DNA of 64,000 nucleotides from an uncultured Candidatus Binatia bacterium (GCA_965218425.1 OZ244621.1:3424001-3488000); one strand, 5' to 3'. Positions 1 to 10,718 are shown, numbered from the stretch's first letter. Numbers and translations: made by a program. The notes: generated by a model not told the origin, from the letters alone.

Positions 1-237
1 GCGGTCTGCACCAGAATTGAGCCCAGTGCCGATGTGGATATCATGAGACGGGTGCCCAGCAGCATCCTGGATCCCGCAGTGCCCCATGGACAGCCTGCGT
101 TCACCTCCAGGATGCTTATCGATGCCACCAGGCCTTATGAAAGACGGGACACATTCGCACCGGCCATTACCATGGATAAGGAAGCGGAGGCGAAGGTACG
201 TGAGCGCTGGGGACATCTTTTGCGAACGAACCCCTAG
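1..237 (+). CDS. UbiD-family (de)carboxylase, C-terminal fragment (5' end outside window)
   Basis: Frame open from base 1: AVCTRIEPSADVDIMRRVPSSILDP...SRMLIDATRP, matching the UbiD C-terminal 'TR..P..D...LDP...K/RM.IDAT.P' signature. Confidence 0.8.
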   Translation, partial: AVCTRIEPSADVDIMRRVPSSILDPAVPHGQPAFTSRMLIDATRPYERRDTFAPAITMDKEAEAKVRERWGHLLRTNP

Positions 238-263
238 GAAAATATGTAAACTTTCTGGAGGTA

Positions 264-1400
264 ATGACTATGACCTATGACAGTACGCGTCCTGTTGTTT
301 GGAATCTTGCGGTGATGTTCTTTGTGTACGGATTGATCTTTGCTACTGCGTTCCATGCGAATGCATCGGAATGGGACAAGGTGGTGGTGGCGGCAAAAAA
401 AGAAGGTCAGGTGGTGGTCGCTCAGGGAGGCGGTTCAGGGGCGGAGTTGCGAAGGCTGATGACCAATGGATTCCAAAAAGCATTTCCGGAAATAAGAGTG
501 GATCTAACAGTGGCGGGTGGACGGAGCATCGCCCCCCGCATTCTGATGGAACGACGTGTGGGCAAGTACTTGTGGGATGTCTATACCGGTGGGACCACCA
601 CATCCCTGACTTTCTTACGTCCGGCGGGCGTGCTCGACCCCATCAGTCCTGCCCTGATGTTACCCGAGGTTACCAATCCCAAGAACTGGTTTGGCGGTAA
701 GTTGGACTATGCGGACGACAGCTCGACGTATAACCTCGTTTTTGGCGGCTACGTCAAACCCCCTCTCGTCTACAATACCAAGCAGATGAAAAAGGGTGAC
801 ATTACATCGTACAAAGACCTTCTTGATCCGAAGTGGCGCGGTAAAATTGTTATTACAGACCCCAGGAGACCTGGTTCCGGAATGGCGGCGGCTACCTTCT
901 GGTATGCCACCGATGGACTGGGCAAGGAATTCATAAGAGAGCTGTTTGCCAAGCAAAAGGTTAAGATATCACGTGACTACCGGCAACAGATGGAGTGGCT
1001 TTCCCGTGGCGACTATACTATAGCCATTGGGCATCATAACGCCGTCTACAAAGAGTTTGTCAAAAAAGGGCAGCCCTTGGCGCAGCTCACGGCCAATGAC
1101 GTCAGGGAGGCCAACTACATTACCGCCGCTGTGGCAAGTCTTGGCATTATTAATCGGGCCCCCCATCCCAATGCGGCGAAGGTCTATATCAATTGGCTCC
1201 TGTCCAGGAAAATCCAGCAACCGTGGAGTGAGATTACCGGGTATTGGAGCCGTCGACGGGACGTGTCCCATGACCATCTCGACCCTGCGCTCATTCCGGA
1301 CGAGGATAAGATCTCTTCCTATCAATTGAACTACAAAGAAGTGTGGGTGGACAAACGCACGGAGATCGTCAAGTTTCTCCGGACGGTGTTGAAGAGGTAG
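264..1400 (+). CDS. ABC transporter substrate-binding protein (Fe3+/thiamine/AfuA-like cluster)
   Basis: Signal peptide ending ANA; 'WDKVVVAAKKEGQVVV', 'DLLDPKWRGKI' and 'APHPNAAKVYINWLLS' motifs; GGAGG RBS upstream. Confidence 0.88.
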   Translation: MTMTYDSTRPVVWNLAVMFFVYGLIFATAFHANASEWDKVVVAAKKEGQVVVAQGGGSGAELRRLMTNGFQKAFPEIRVDLTVAGGRSIAPRILMERRVGKYLWDVYTGGTTTSLTFLRPAGVLDPISPALMLPEVTNPKNWFGGKLDYADDSSTYNLVFGGYVKPPLVYNTKQMKKGDITSYKDLLDPKWRGKIVITDPRRPGSGMAAATFWYATDGLGKEFIRELFAKQKVKISRDYRQQMEWLSRGDYTIAIGHHNAVYKEFVKKGQPLAQLTANDVREANYITAAVASLGIINRAPHPNAAKVYINWLLSRKIQQPWSEITGYWSRRRDVSHDHLDPALIPDEDKISSYQLNYKEVWVDKRTEIVKFLRTVLKR

Positions 1401-1460
1401 ATTCACCCTCACCTTCTCGCAGGCATATTCTCTTAATACTGGACAGAGGGTGGCAGTCTG

Positions 1461-3194
1461 ATGGCTAGGGTTGTGGTGGCAGAGGGAGTTACGCGGACAA
1501 GCTGGCGGCGGCTGGATGCCCAGGTGCTCCTCTTTGCGCTTTGCACGGGTTTGGTTTGTTTTCTCGTTTTAACGCCTCTTCTTTATACTCTAATAAACAG
1601 TTTCCAAGTCGCTAAGCCGTGGGAGCCACCTCAGTATAGTATCGAGGGTTGGAAAGAGACCTTATCGACCCCCGGGATTTTGAATGCGGTGTCCAATAGC
1701 CTTTCCTTGGCAGTGGTGAGGCAAGTCATCGCCATGTTCGCGGGCATTCTGTTGGCATGGCTTTTGGCTCGCACGGATATTTCTTTCAAGAGAGGGCTCG
1801 AGTTTGCGTTCTGGTTCTCCTTTTTCATGCCCGCCTTGCCGGTAACCTTGGGGTGGATATTGGCACTGGACCCCAAGGTGGGGTTGGTCAACAAGGTGCT
1901 AGCAATGTTGCCCTTTGTGGATGGCCCCGTATTCAACATCTACTCATTCTGGGGCATTGTCTGGACTCATCTGACCGCAAGTACACTGGGGGTCAAAGTC
2001 ATGTTTCTTACGCCCGCGTTTCGCAACCTGGATGCTCCACTGGAAGAAGCTTCCAGGGTGGCCGGGGCCACTACCTTCACTACCTTGGGCCGAATTGTTG
2101 TCCCCCTTATGCTCCCCGCAATCTTGGCTACGACGACATTGGGATTCATTCGCTCTCTGGAGGCTTTTGAAATCGAGTTGACCCTCGGGGTTCCCGTTGG
2201 GATCGAGGTCTATTCCACCGTTATCCACGATATGATCGTCTTTGATCCGGCGACCGGATACGGGCCAGCGGCAGCCCTGAGTACCTTTTTCTTACTGATT
2301 TTACTGATGTTGGTAATTTTTCAGAGGTTCTACATCGGTCAGAGAACGTATACGACAGTCAGCGGTCGCTTTTCAGGACGGCCGTTGGCGCTGGGTAAGT
2401 GGAGGACTCCCATATTTGTTTCGGTTTTGTTGGTCGTACTGACCATAACGGTGATTCCGTTGGCCTTTTTATTAATGGGTACCTTTATGTCGCTGTTTGG
2501 GTTTTTTAACGTTGACCCGCCCTGGACCCTTGACCACTGGAGGCAGGTGCTGACTGATCCGGTGTTTTTTATCTCTTTTATAAACACCCTAAAGGTTGCT
2601 TTGGGAGCGGTCATACTAGGGGTGGTGGTCTACCCGGTGATTGCTTATATCATTGTCAAGAGTCGCTTTGCCGGAAGGGCGATACTGGATTTCGTCTCAT
2701 GGCTCCCCTGGGCCGTTCCCGGCATCTTACTGGGAGTCGGTCTCTTGTGGACTTTTCTTCAGACTCCAATGCTTAGAGTTTTCTATGGGACGGTTTTTCT
2801 GATGGCGGTGGCCATTCTAATTAAAAGTATGCCCATGGGAGTGCAACTTACCAAAACCGTTTTACTTCAACTCGGTGATGAATTGGAAGAAGCTTCGAAG
2901 ACCTGTGGGGCTTCCTGGTTCCAGACTTATCGCCGCATTGTTTTTCCGCTGATTCTTCCTATGCTCGTTGTGGTGGGACTGCTGGTTTTTAACTCCGCAG
3001 CGAGGGATATCAGTACCGTTGTGCTATTGGGAACGGGGCAATCGAGGACTCTCTCCCTACTGATGCTGGAGTGGGCGGTGGGCGGCGGCGAAATGGAGAA
3101 GGCCACAGTCGTGGGTGCCATAATAGTGTTGATAGTCGCCGTGACTTCTGGTATTGCCAGGACCATCGAAGGCAAAATCAATATTAGGGAATAG
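1461..3194 (+). CDS. ABC transporter permease, fused double BPD_transp_1 domain (FbpB-like)
   Basis: 577 aa, many TM segments, two EAA loops (LEEASRVAGA, LEEASKTCGA). Confidence 0.9.
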   Translation: MARVVVAEGVTRTSWRRLDAQVLLFALCTGLVCFLVLTPLLYTLINSFQVAKPWEPPQYSIEGWKETLSTPGILNAVSNSLSLAVVRQVIAMFAGILLAWLLARTDISFKRGLEFAFWFSFFMPALPVTLGWILALDPKVGLVNKVLAMLPFVDGPVFNIYSFWGIVWTHLTASTLGVKVMFLTPAFRNLDAPLEEASRVAGATTFTTLGRIVVPLMLPAILATTTLGFIRSLEAFEIELTLGVPVGIEVYSTVIHDMIVFDPATGYGPAAALSTFFLLILLMLVIFQRFYIGQRTYTTVSGRFSGRPLALGKWRTPIFVSVLLVVLTITVIPLAFLLMGTFMSLFGFFNVDPPWTLDHWRQVLTDPVFFISFINTLKVALGAVILGVVVYPVIAYIIVKSRFAGRAILDFVSWLPWAVPGILLGVGLLWTFLQTPMLRVFYGTVFLMAVAILIKSMPMGVQLTKTVLLQLGDELEEASKTCGASWFQTYRRIVFPLILPMLVVVGLLVFNSAARDISTVVLLGTGQSRTLSLLMLEWAVGGGEMEKATVVGAIIVLIVAVTSGIARTIEGKINIRE

Positions 3195-3238
3195 TTGAAG
3201 AAACTTGATAAAAATCGCGTAGTAAGGAGGATAATTCC

Positions 3239-3997
3239 ATGGCGAGACTGGACGGCCGAGTAATCATTGTAACCGGAGGGGCCCAGGGGATCGGTAAGGC
3301 ATACTGCCAGGGTTTGGCTCGAGAGGGGGCCAAGGTAGTGGTGGCGGATATCAATGAGTCTCTTGCAGAGCAGACGGCTGAGGAACTTGGCGCGGCAGAG
3401 GCTCTACCCATAGCCACCGACGTCTCTCAGTTGGAAGGGACCGAGCGGATGGTGAAGGCCACCTTGGATCAATTTGGGCGCATCGACGGACTGATAAACA
3501 ACGCCGCGGTGTTTCAGCGGCCATCGGTCAAGCGGGGACCGTTCGAGGAGATTCCTGTGGAGGAATGGGATCGGGTGATGGGTGTAAATGTGCGCGGCGT
3601 TTTCCTCTGCTGCCGTGCCGTCTTACCCGCTATGAAACAGCGAAAGTACGGGAAGATCGTCAATATCAGCTCGGGTACGGTGCTTACAGGAACGCCACGA
3701 TTCGCTCACTATGTGACCTCCAAGGCAGCAGTAATCGGCCTGACCCGGTGTGTAGCGCGGGAGGTGGGGGACTTCAATATCTGTGTCAACGCGGTGGCAC
3801 CGGGCCTCACATTGAGCCTGGACGATGTGGACGACGCGGGGATGAAGCAGTATGAGCAGCGGGCCCAGGCGGGATGTCTCAAAAGAATCGAAACCCCGCA
3901 GGACCTTGTTGGGACTATTGTGTTCTTGTCCTCAGCCGAGAGTGACTTCATTACTGGACAGACCATTGCGGTGAATGGCGGCGCCAGTATGCTCTAA
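3239..3997 (+). CDS. Short-chain dehydrogenase/reductase (SDR)
   Basis: TGGAQGIG Rossmann motif, NNAA, catalytic YVTSK, NAVAPG. Confidence 0.92.
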   Translation: MARLDGRVIIVTGGAQGIGKAYCQGLAREGAKVVVADINESLAEQTAEELGAAEALPIATDVSQLEGTERMVKATLDQFGRIDGLINNAAVFQRPSVKRGPFEEIPVEEWDRVMGVNVRGVFLCCRAVLPAMKQRKYGKIVNISSGTVLTGTPRFAHYVTSKAAVIGLTRCVAREVGDFNICVNAVAPGLTLSLDDVDDAGMKQYEQRAQAGCLKRIETPQDLVGTIVFLSSAESDFITGQTIAVNGGASML

Positions 3998-4082
3998 GCT
4001 TTGCACGTTAGTTGGTTTACATTGACCCCGTCAGCCAAAGGGCTTCATGGTGAGAGAATAGGACAACCGGAGGGAGTACGTT

Positions 4083-4616
4083 ATGGAGAGGGAGAAGGTT
4101 AAGGCTGCGGAACCCGCCGCGCGAGAGCAAGAACTCTCTTATGAGATACTGCTGCGGGAGACCGCGTCGGAGAGGGAGCGTGCTCGTAACGGTAAGATCG
4201 TGATCCGGTCCAGGGATGTCCCCTGGCGGCAAAATAGACAAGCCCTGATCAAGGGTTTTCTGTCCTCCCGTGTGGTTAAGGATACCGCCGCCGCCGATTG
4301 GACTTGCTTCATACAGGACATCAAAGTCCACTCTGGCAGACATCGTCATCAAGGCGGCATTCAACTCTTTGTCCTAGAGGGCGAGGGTTTGACGGTTGTG
4401 GATGGGGACAAGCTGGATTGGGAAAAGTGGGACTTGATTATCCTGCCGGTGAAGCCTAGAGGCTGCGAACACCAGCATTTTAACAAAACGCCGGGCAAGA
4501 CGGCCAAGTGGATGGCCTTCCAGTACCATCCGTTTACCAAGCCCCTGGGAAGCCTGCTCGAGCAGGTGGAAGATTCGCCTGATTGGAAAGGCGAGAAATC
4601 CGTTAGCGCGAAATAG
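4083..4616 (+). CDS. Monocupin (3-His, resembles gentisate-dioxygenase C-terminal cupin), paralogue 1
   Basis: HSGRHRHQGG..FVLEGEG.TVVDG...WEKWD....P.....HQHFN cupin motifs. Confidence 0.82.
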   Translation: MEREKVKAAEPAAREQELSYEILLRETASERERARNGKIVIRSRDVPWRQNRQALIKGFLSSRVVKDTAAADWTCFIQDIKVHSGRHRHQGGIQLFVLEGEGLTVVDGDKLDWEKWDLIILPVKPRGCEHQHFNKTPGKTAKWMAFQYHPFTKPLGSLLEQVEDSPDWKGEKSVSAK

Positions 4617-4668
4617 GAAAAAAATTTATTAACAACGTGGTGGTCAAAATGAAAGAGGGATAAAAAGG

Positions 4669-5202
4669 ATGGAAAGGGAACGAACTCGAGAGAGGGAGCC
4701 GGAGCAGAAGGACAGCGGGGATCATTACAACAAGGGGCTGGATATCTATGCTGCCGAGAGAGAGCGTGCCCAGACCGGAAAAATCGTAATACGGGCTCGC
4801 GATATCCCCTGGCGCCAGAACCGGCAGGCGTTGGTAAAAACTTTCTTATCCGCCCACGGGGTCATTGATACCGCCGCGTCCAATTGGATCTGTTTTATTC
4901 ACGATATCAAGGTCCATTCCGGTAAGCACCGTCACCAAGGGGGTATTCAGTTGTTCATTCTGGAGGGGGAAGGCACCACGACGGTAGATGGAGATAAATT
5001 TGATTGGGAGAAATGGGACCTGGTCACTTTACCGGTCAAGCCGTGCGGTTGTGAGCACCAGCATTTCAACAAGAATCCGGGCAAATCAGCCAAGTGGATG
5101 GCCTTCCAGTATGATCCGTTCAACAAGCCTCTGGGGAGGATGTTCGAGCAAGTGGAGGACTCGCCCGACTGGAAGGGTAAGGAGGGGATCGTTTCAAGAT
5201 AA
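4669..5202 (+). CDS. Monocupin, paralogue 2
   Basis: Same motifs as 4083-4616; tandem copy, also 177 aa. Confidence 0.82.
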   Translation: MERERTREREPEQKDSGDHYNKGLDIYAAERERAQTGKIVIRARDIPWRQNRQALVKTFLSAHGVIDTAASNWICFIHDIKVHSGKHRHQGGIQLFILEGEGTTTVDGDKFDWEKWDLVTLPVKPCGCEHQHFNKNPGKSAKWMAFQYDPFNKPLGRMFEQVEDSPDWKGKEGIVSR

Positions 5203-5319
5203 GCTGAAAGTGCAGTGATGAAATGATTTGCTAAAATTCGGTTGGTAGCATATCTCACCACGGTAATTCTTCAAGCCGGCTTGGTAGTTTTTAGCCCTTA
5301 TCTATTATAAGGAGGCAAC

Positions 5320-6453
5320 ATGCCTATTATCGATGCTGACGGACATATAATCGAACCCCTGGCCATGTTCAAGGAGATGCCCAAGGAGTATTACCCCCGC
5401 AGGCCCATTCCTGTCTTCATGCCTACGGATACACAAAGAGGGGACTTCAATGGATGCTGGATCATAGAGGGACGGACCTATCCTAATATCGGCGGCCCGG
5501 GAAATACGATTTTCTTTATTCCAGAAGATGCGAGGTCAAAGGCCAGGGATGTAAGTATAGCGTCCCAGACCTTGGCAAATGCAGAGGCTCGACTAGCGGA
5601 CTTAGACCGGTTCAACATCGACATCCAGGTGGTATTCCCCACCATGTTTTTGGCGTCAGCCGCGGAGGATGTAAAACTCGAGGGGGCAATGTTCCAGGCT
5701 TACAATACCTACCTGAGTCGGGCTTGTGCTGAATCTAAGGGGCGGATTCGGTGGGCGGCGCCAATTCCATTTCGAGATCCAGAAGCCGCAGTGATAGAGA
5801 TGCGTCGGGCCAGGGATCTTGGGGCGGCAGGGATTTTTACCATGGGAATGGTTTGGGATCGCCCGCTGGATGATCCAGCCTTCTTTCCCGTTTTCGAGAG
5901 GGCGGCAGAACTTGATATGCCAATCTGCATCCATCTGGGATGGGCTTCACCCAAGGTGACCAGTCTGTTCAACAACGGCCAGTCCTTCTTTTCCTCCGCC
6001 ACGGTACCTGTCCTGTGGGGCTTCATGAGCACCATGGGTGCGGGGCTCTTGAAGCGCTACCCGAAGCTTCGAATTGGGTTCCTCGAGACGGGTTCTGCAT
6101 GGGTTCCTTACGCCATACAGCAGATAAGACGGCGCGCGAAACCCCGTTCCGTTACCCGGCCGGGAGGGAATCGTCCTTCGGTTTCAAGTGGGATCGACCA
6201 GGACTATTACGGTGACCCGGAGGAATTCTTTCGTACCGGACGCGCATTTGTGAACTGTGAAGGGGATGAGGACTTTCGCTACCTCATAGAGCATCTGGGG
6301 GAGGATGCCCTCATGTGTTCATCAGACTTTCCTCACGGTGATGCGTCTGCGGAGGAAACCTTTGTTACCAACTGGCGGAAACGCACCGATCTCTCGGATA
6401 GCTTCAAGGAAAAGGTGCTAGGGGAAAACGCTGCTCGATTCTTTCGCCTATAA
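5320..6453 (+). CDS. Amidohydrolase_2-family protein, paralogue 1
   Basis: IIDADGH, 'DDPAFFPVFERAAELDMPICIH', FLETG, SSDFPH, 'KVLGENAARFF'; AAGGAGG RBS. Confidence 0.88.
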   Translation: MPIIDADGHIIEPLAMFKEMPKEYYPRRPIPVFMPTDTQRGDFNGCWIIEGRTYPNIGGPGNTIFFIPEDARSKARDVSIASQTLANAEARLADLDRFNIDIQVVFPTMFLASAAEDVKLEGAMFQAYNTYLSRACAESKGRIRWAAPIPFRDPEAAVIEMRRARDLGAAGIFTMGMVWDRPLDDPAFFPVFERAAELDMPICIHLGWASPKVTSLFNNGQSFFSSATVPVLWGFMSTMGAGLLKRYPKLRIGFLETGSAWVPYAIQQIRRRAKPRSVTRPGGNRPSVSSGIDQDYYGDPEEFFRTGRAFVNCEGDEDFRYLIEHLGEDALMCSSDFPHGDASAEETFVTNWRKRTDLSDSFKEKVLGENAARFFRL

Positions 6454-6507
6454 CTCTATTGAGTGAACGAGGAAATGGCGTTCAAAAGAAAGAGGGGGGA
6501 CACCAAA

Positions 6508-7640
6508 ATGCCTACCATTGATGCCGACGGACACGTGATTGAACCGGAAGAAATGTTCGCAAATATGCCTGCGGAGTTTTATCCCCGGCGGCCCGTACGG
6601 GTTCACCTTCCCACGGATACGTTGCGCGAGGATTTCAACGGCTGCTGGATCATTGAAGGTAAGACCTGTCCTGCCATAGGAGGAAGGGGCCGTACTACTT
6701 TTTACCTCGCTGGAGATGAGAGGTCGAAAAAAATGGATGTCAGTATCTCCTCCCAGACTTTGGCTGATATAGACGCTCGTTTAGCGGACCTTGATCGATT
6801 CAATATTGACGTTCAGGTGGTATTCCCTACCATGTTTCTCGCCGCCGCGGCAGAGGATGTGAAACTGGAGGGGGCTCTGTTCCAGGCTTACAATTCCTAT
6901 GTAGGCGGGCTTGCGCTAAGTCGAAAGGACGGGTGCGTTGGGTGGCCCTGATTCCTTTCCGAGACCCGCAAGCTGCCATAAAGGAGATGCGCAGGGCAAA
7001 GGATCTTGGGGCCGTGGGTATCTTTACCATGGGGATGGTGTGGGAACAGACCCTTGCGGAACCTGAGTTCTTTCCTATCTATGACGAGGCCCAGAACCTC
7101 GATCTGCCCATATGCGTTCATCTTGGTTGGTCATCGCCTCCGGTGACTAATCTATTTATTGATGCGCAGTCGTTTTTCGTCTCCGCAACGATCCCCGTTA
7201 TATGGGGATTCACGTATGCCATGGGTGCGGGACTGCCCAGTCGTTTTCCCAGGCTTCGATTTGGCTTTCTTGAAAGCGGATCTGAGTGGGTTCCCTACGC
7301 GATCAAACAGCTGCGCCGGCGTGTAAAGCCATTATCGGTTATTAGAGGAGAAAGCCGGCGGCCCACCTTTGGCACGGGGTTTAACCGGGATTACTACCGC
7401 GATGCCGAGGAACTGTTCCGGGAAGGCCGCATCTTTGTCAACTGTGAGGGGGATGAAGACTTCGATTATCTTTTCAGGCATCTGGGTGAGGATGGGCTCA
7501 TGTGCTCATCGGACTTTCCACACGGCGACCCGTCAGCAGAGGAGACCTACGTTACCCGTTGGCATAATCGAACTGATCTCTCGGAACGGGTGAAAAACAA
7601 GGTGCTGGGTGAGAACGCTGCCCGGTTCTTTGGGGTGTAG
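6508..7640 (+). pseudogene. Amidohydrolase_2-family protein, paralogue 2, with 1-bp frameshift near 6906 (pseudogene or sequencing error)
   Basis: Adding one base at 6906/6907 gives YNSYVGRACAKSKGRVRWVAL, collinear with paralogue YNTYLSRACAESKGRIRWAA; joins track ORFs 6463-6951 and 6933-7640. Confidence 0.85.
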
Positions 7641-7685
7641 TGGGGCGACCTTGGGGAGGGCAACAGACTCAGTCTGCCTATCCGT

Positions 7686-8651
7686 TTAACTCTTTCTGTA
7701 TTTTTCTCTTAACTGGGCCCAAGCCTTGCCATGGAGTTCTGCGTGCTTTTTCCAGTTCTCCGGCAAGTCCCCATAGGGTGCCCTTGAGGGTCCACAGTTG
7801 ACGTAGCCTGAAGCGTTAAACCGCCACTTCTCCGCCTGGGCGTTATATTGGGCGAACTGGGACGTCGCACCGGGGGGCATGAATGCAGGTACGGATCGCA
7901 TGTCCTCCCAGATGGCATCCACCCGTTTTTCATCGTCGTTCTGTATAGCCTCCATCAGTGCCACCACCGGCTCAGGTCCCATGGCCGCCGAAGTGGACCA
8001 GCAGGCGGTAATCTTCGTACGGGCCATCTTGTAGGCGGGATAAATATTGTTTTGGCCTGGCATGAAATTGATTTGATGACCCGCGGCCCTCATGTCTTCC
8101 AACAGAGTTCCGATTCCATAGGTAACTTTAGTGGTAATTGCGGTTGGGGCATTTTGGGCCACCCCTGCCCAGAAGGGCGTGGGGAAGGAAGACTTGAAGA
8201 ACAATGCGTTGGAGTAAATCATGACCGCCATATCGGGTACCGCTTCACTCAGGTCAGAGTAGAATTGGACGGAATTTTCGAGAGTCGGAGTCTGCCAGAG
8301 GGGCAGGCCAACAAAGGCACCGTCGGCCCCGATATCCTTTAGACCCTTCATTTGCCTGACCACCTCCTTGGTGCCCAGTGCGGTGGCCCCCGCAAATACT
8401 GGAATTCGTTTCCGGTTGACCTGAACCATGGTGTCGATGAAGGCTCTTTTTTCCTCCCACAAAAGGGCAGCGCATTCTCCCGTGGTACCGCATGCGGCAA
8501 GGCTTCCAATACCGGCCTGAATAAGGTTCTCAGTCATGCGGGCTGTCTCTTCGAGGTCCACGGAATCTGTAGAATCCCATTTGTCCAACCCCACCTTGCA
8601 GGGTGTAGGGGCCAGCACACATATTCCTCTGAGGTCTTTGGCGGTCAACAT
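7686..8651 (-). CDS. DHDPS/NAL-family hydratase-aldolase (NahE/PhdJ-like)
   Basis: Start MLTAKDLRG after AAGGAG RBS; 'APTPCK...DSVDLEETARM', GTTGECAAL, GATALGT, 'GLPLWQ', 'YSNALFFK..FP', typical of the trans-o-hydroxybenzylidenepyruvate hydratase-aldolase family. Confidence 0.8.
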   Translation of the reverse strand: MLTAKDLRGICVLAPTPCKVGLDKWDSTDSVDLEETARMTENLIQAGIGSLAACGTTGECAALLWEEKRAFIDTMVQVNRKRIPVFAGATALGTKEVVRQMKGLKDIGADGAFVGLPLWQTPTLENSVQFYSDLSEAVPDMAVMIYSNALFFKSSFPTPFWAGVAQNAPTAITTKVTYGIGTLLEDMRAAGHQINFMPGQNNIYPAYKMARTKITACWSTSAAMGPEPVVALMEAIQNDDEKRVDAIWEDMRSVPAFMPPGATSQFAQYNAQAEKWRFNASGYVNCGPSRAPYGDLPENWKKHAELHGKAWAQLREKYRKS

Positions 8652-8670
8652 GGTGTTCTCCTTGCGGAGG

Positions 8671-9195
8671 TTAGAAAAAGATGGAGAGGTTTCTTGATCC
8701 AATGACGGCTTGATCGAGCAGGATGGTTCTTTGGGCCAATCGCCAGTGACCCTTGACGGATCTAAGCAAGTCCTCACGTTTCCCGCTGAATATGTCCCCT
8801 TCTGGGGCATTGCCTCTATTGCGGTAAACCAAGATATAACTACTAACGTTGAACTCGTTGGGATTGGATGTGGCGCCCACCCGAACGTTGGATACTAGAT
8901 GACGTGTTCTTGAGGGTGGATCCTCTGCCCAGGCATAATCGGTAGCCAATCGATCAATGCGCAACCGTAACGAAGGAAGGTCATCGCAGAATATTTCAGT
9001 TTCATAGGAATGATCGGGTCGGATATTCCGTCCAGTGTTGACTCGCATGGGCATGCGGTAAAGTAAGTCCTCGGTCATGAGCTCCAACCAGTTTGAGAAG
9101 TGACCTTCATCGATGAGTTCAGCCTCTCTGTATAAGAAATCCACGATTTCACAATAGCGCGGGTCGTTGTGGCCTATGGTCTTCGCTTCGTCCAT
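8671..9195 (-). CDS. Aromatic ring-hydroxylating dioxygenase beta subunit
   Basis: FLYREAELID...WL.LMTEDL.Y.MP, WAEDPPSRTRHLVSNV, REDLLR, NLSIFF. Confidence 0.93.
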   Translation of the reverse strand: MDEAKTIGHNDPRYCEIVDFLYREAELIDEGHFSNWLELMTEDLLYRMPMRVNTGRNIRPDHSYETEIFCDDLPSLRLRIDRLATDYAWAEDPPSRTRHLVSNVRVGATSNPNEFNVSSYILVYRNRGNAPEGDIFSGKREDLLRSVKGHWRLAQRTILLDQAVIGSRNLSIFF

Positions 9196-9240
9196 TCAAA
9201 TATTACCTTCCATTGATTCCTAGGGATAAGCGGAGAGTTA

Positions 9241-10530
9241 TTACTTCCGGGTCATGAGCTCCAGCCAGCGGTCGAACATGGAGCGTTCGTTTGCTTCGAT
9301 CCAAGAGGTTGGATAGGCAGTGCCAGGTCCCGGCCAATCCTTTAGCGGTTCAACGGTTCCCAATCCCATCCCGTAATGGAAGAAATGGTTACGCGCGATG
9401 GGCCCTCGGTTTGCATGAGTGATATCCGCCCAGGTTTCCGTATCGTCTTGTTCCGTGGTGCCCGCCATGCCAAAGGTTTGGAGGTAGGCCCGTCTCGAAG
9501 CCTCCTTGCACTGAGCTGGGATGTCTCTCTCAATAAGGCACCATGACCAGATCTCAATCTTATCCGGCCCCTTGGGTTGCCATTGGCGGAGCGTGAAATA
9601 GGAAGTGAACTGCTCTTCACGGGACCTTGATCCGGCGGGATGCACAAAGCTCAAGTTAGGAAAGACGGTTCCATGGGCGTTCCTCAGGGGCTTCAGCACC
9701 TCTATCTGCCCTTTGGTGAGATGGCGCTCAAGCTGTGCTTGGAGTTCCTTTGGCAAACCAAAGTACGGTTCACTGGTTGCTCCAGGGGCTGGATGGGTCA
9801 AGCCCAACCCGTGACCGTTTTCCGTGTGCACCTGATAACCCTGTGGTGAGACAGGGGTGCCTCCAAGTTCGATCCGGTATTGGTGAGTGATATGGACGTG
9901 GTAGGCGTCCCCAATAAAATTGCCGGAACCGAATTTCCAATTTGTGTCTACCAACCACCTCTGGGGAGGTCCCACCACATCCACGCCACCGTCCGTGCGA
10001 TCCACAAACAGATCAAGATACCATTTCATACCACCCAGGTAATCGCTGAGGGAAGTCGCCGCTCCATCCCAGGTCGCGAAAATCATTCCCTTGTAAGTGT
10101 CAACCTGAGGGGCTTGGTAAAGACCCAGCCCTTCGAGATCCAATCCCCCCGGATAGGCCTGCTTGTATGCCGGTACCCCCATCAGTTCTCCGGTGTTCTT
10201 GTAAGTCCAACCGTGGTACGGGCAGCGGAATTCAGTGGCCTGGCCAAAATCAACCTGACAAACCGTGCGCCCGCGGTGCCTGCATGTGTTTAACAAGACA
10301 TGCACTTTCCCATCTGCGCCACGGGTCGCTATGACGGGTTCTTCCCCCATGGACCGGGTTACAAAATCTCCAGGACTGGAAATCTCTGACTCGTGGGCTA
10401 CATAGAGCCAACACCGAGAGAAGATGCGCTCGAGCTCCTGTTGGTATATTTCGGGATCTGAGAAGATCAACCGGCTCACTTCCCCATCCTGGGGTCGAAC
10501 CAGCTTACGTAGGTCGCGTGCGTCTGCCAC
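9241..10530 (-). CDS. Aromatic ring-hydroxylating dioxygenase alpha subunit (biphenyl/naphthalene/3-phenylpropionate type)
   Basis: Rieske CRHRG...CPYHGW; mononuclear Fe NFIGDAYHVHITH...EQDD; GTG start. Confidence 0.93.
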   Translation of the reverse strand: MADARDLRKLVRPQDGEVSRLIFSDPEIYQQELERIFSRCWLYVAHESEISSPGDFVTRSMGEEPVIATRGADGKVHVLLNTCRHRGRTVCQVDFGQATEFRCPYHGWTYKNTGELMGVPAYKQAYPGGLDLEGLGLYQAPQVDTYKGMIFATWDGAATSLSDYLGGMKWYLDLFVDRTDGGVDVVGPPQRWLVDTNWKFGSGNFIGDAYHVHITHQYRIELGGTPVSPQGYQVHTENGHGLGLTHPAPGATSEPYFGLPKELQAQLERHLTKGQIEVLKPLRNAHGTVFPNLSFVHPAGSRSREEQFTSYFTLRQWQPKGPDKIEIWSWCLIERDIPAQCKEASRRAYLQTFGMAGTTEQDDTETWADITHANRGPIARNHFFHYGMGLGTVEPLKDWPGPGTAYPTSWIEANERSMFDRWLELMTRK

Positions 10531-10688
10531 TAGAACCCTCCTTTTCGGTCTGGCAATACCATGGGGTCAGGACCGGGTCAAGGAGCATGAAAAGGAGTGT
10601 TGGACTCTATGCTTATAAGCCATTTGAGAGCCCTTAATTAGATGGAATACAAGGAACTGCATCGAGCTTGGACCTCTTATGGCTGTCC

Positions 10689-10718
10689 TTGACGAAAGCA
10701 GAGTCGCCGTAATATTGT
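10689..10718 (+). promoter_or_regulatory. Putative sigma70 promoter for the cupin-amidohydrolase-dioxygenase operon
   Basis: TTGACG (10689-10694) then N18 TATTGT, in the divergent intergenic region. Confidence 0.4.

Noticed and set aside
6900..6951. Programmed frameshift in amidohydrolase paralogue 2
   Set aside because: No slippery heptamer; a simple 1-bp loss relative to two intact paralogues explains it.
7655..7685. Intrinsic terminator between the convergent amidohydrolase and aldolase genes
   Set aside because: Only a short CAGAC-TCA-GTCTG stem without a clear U-tract; too weak to call.
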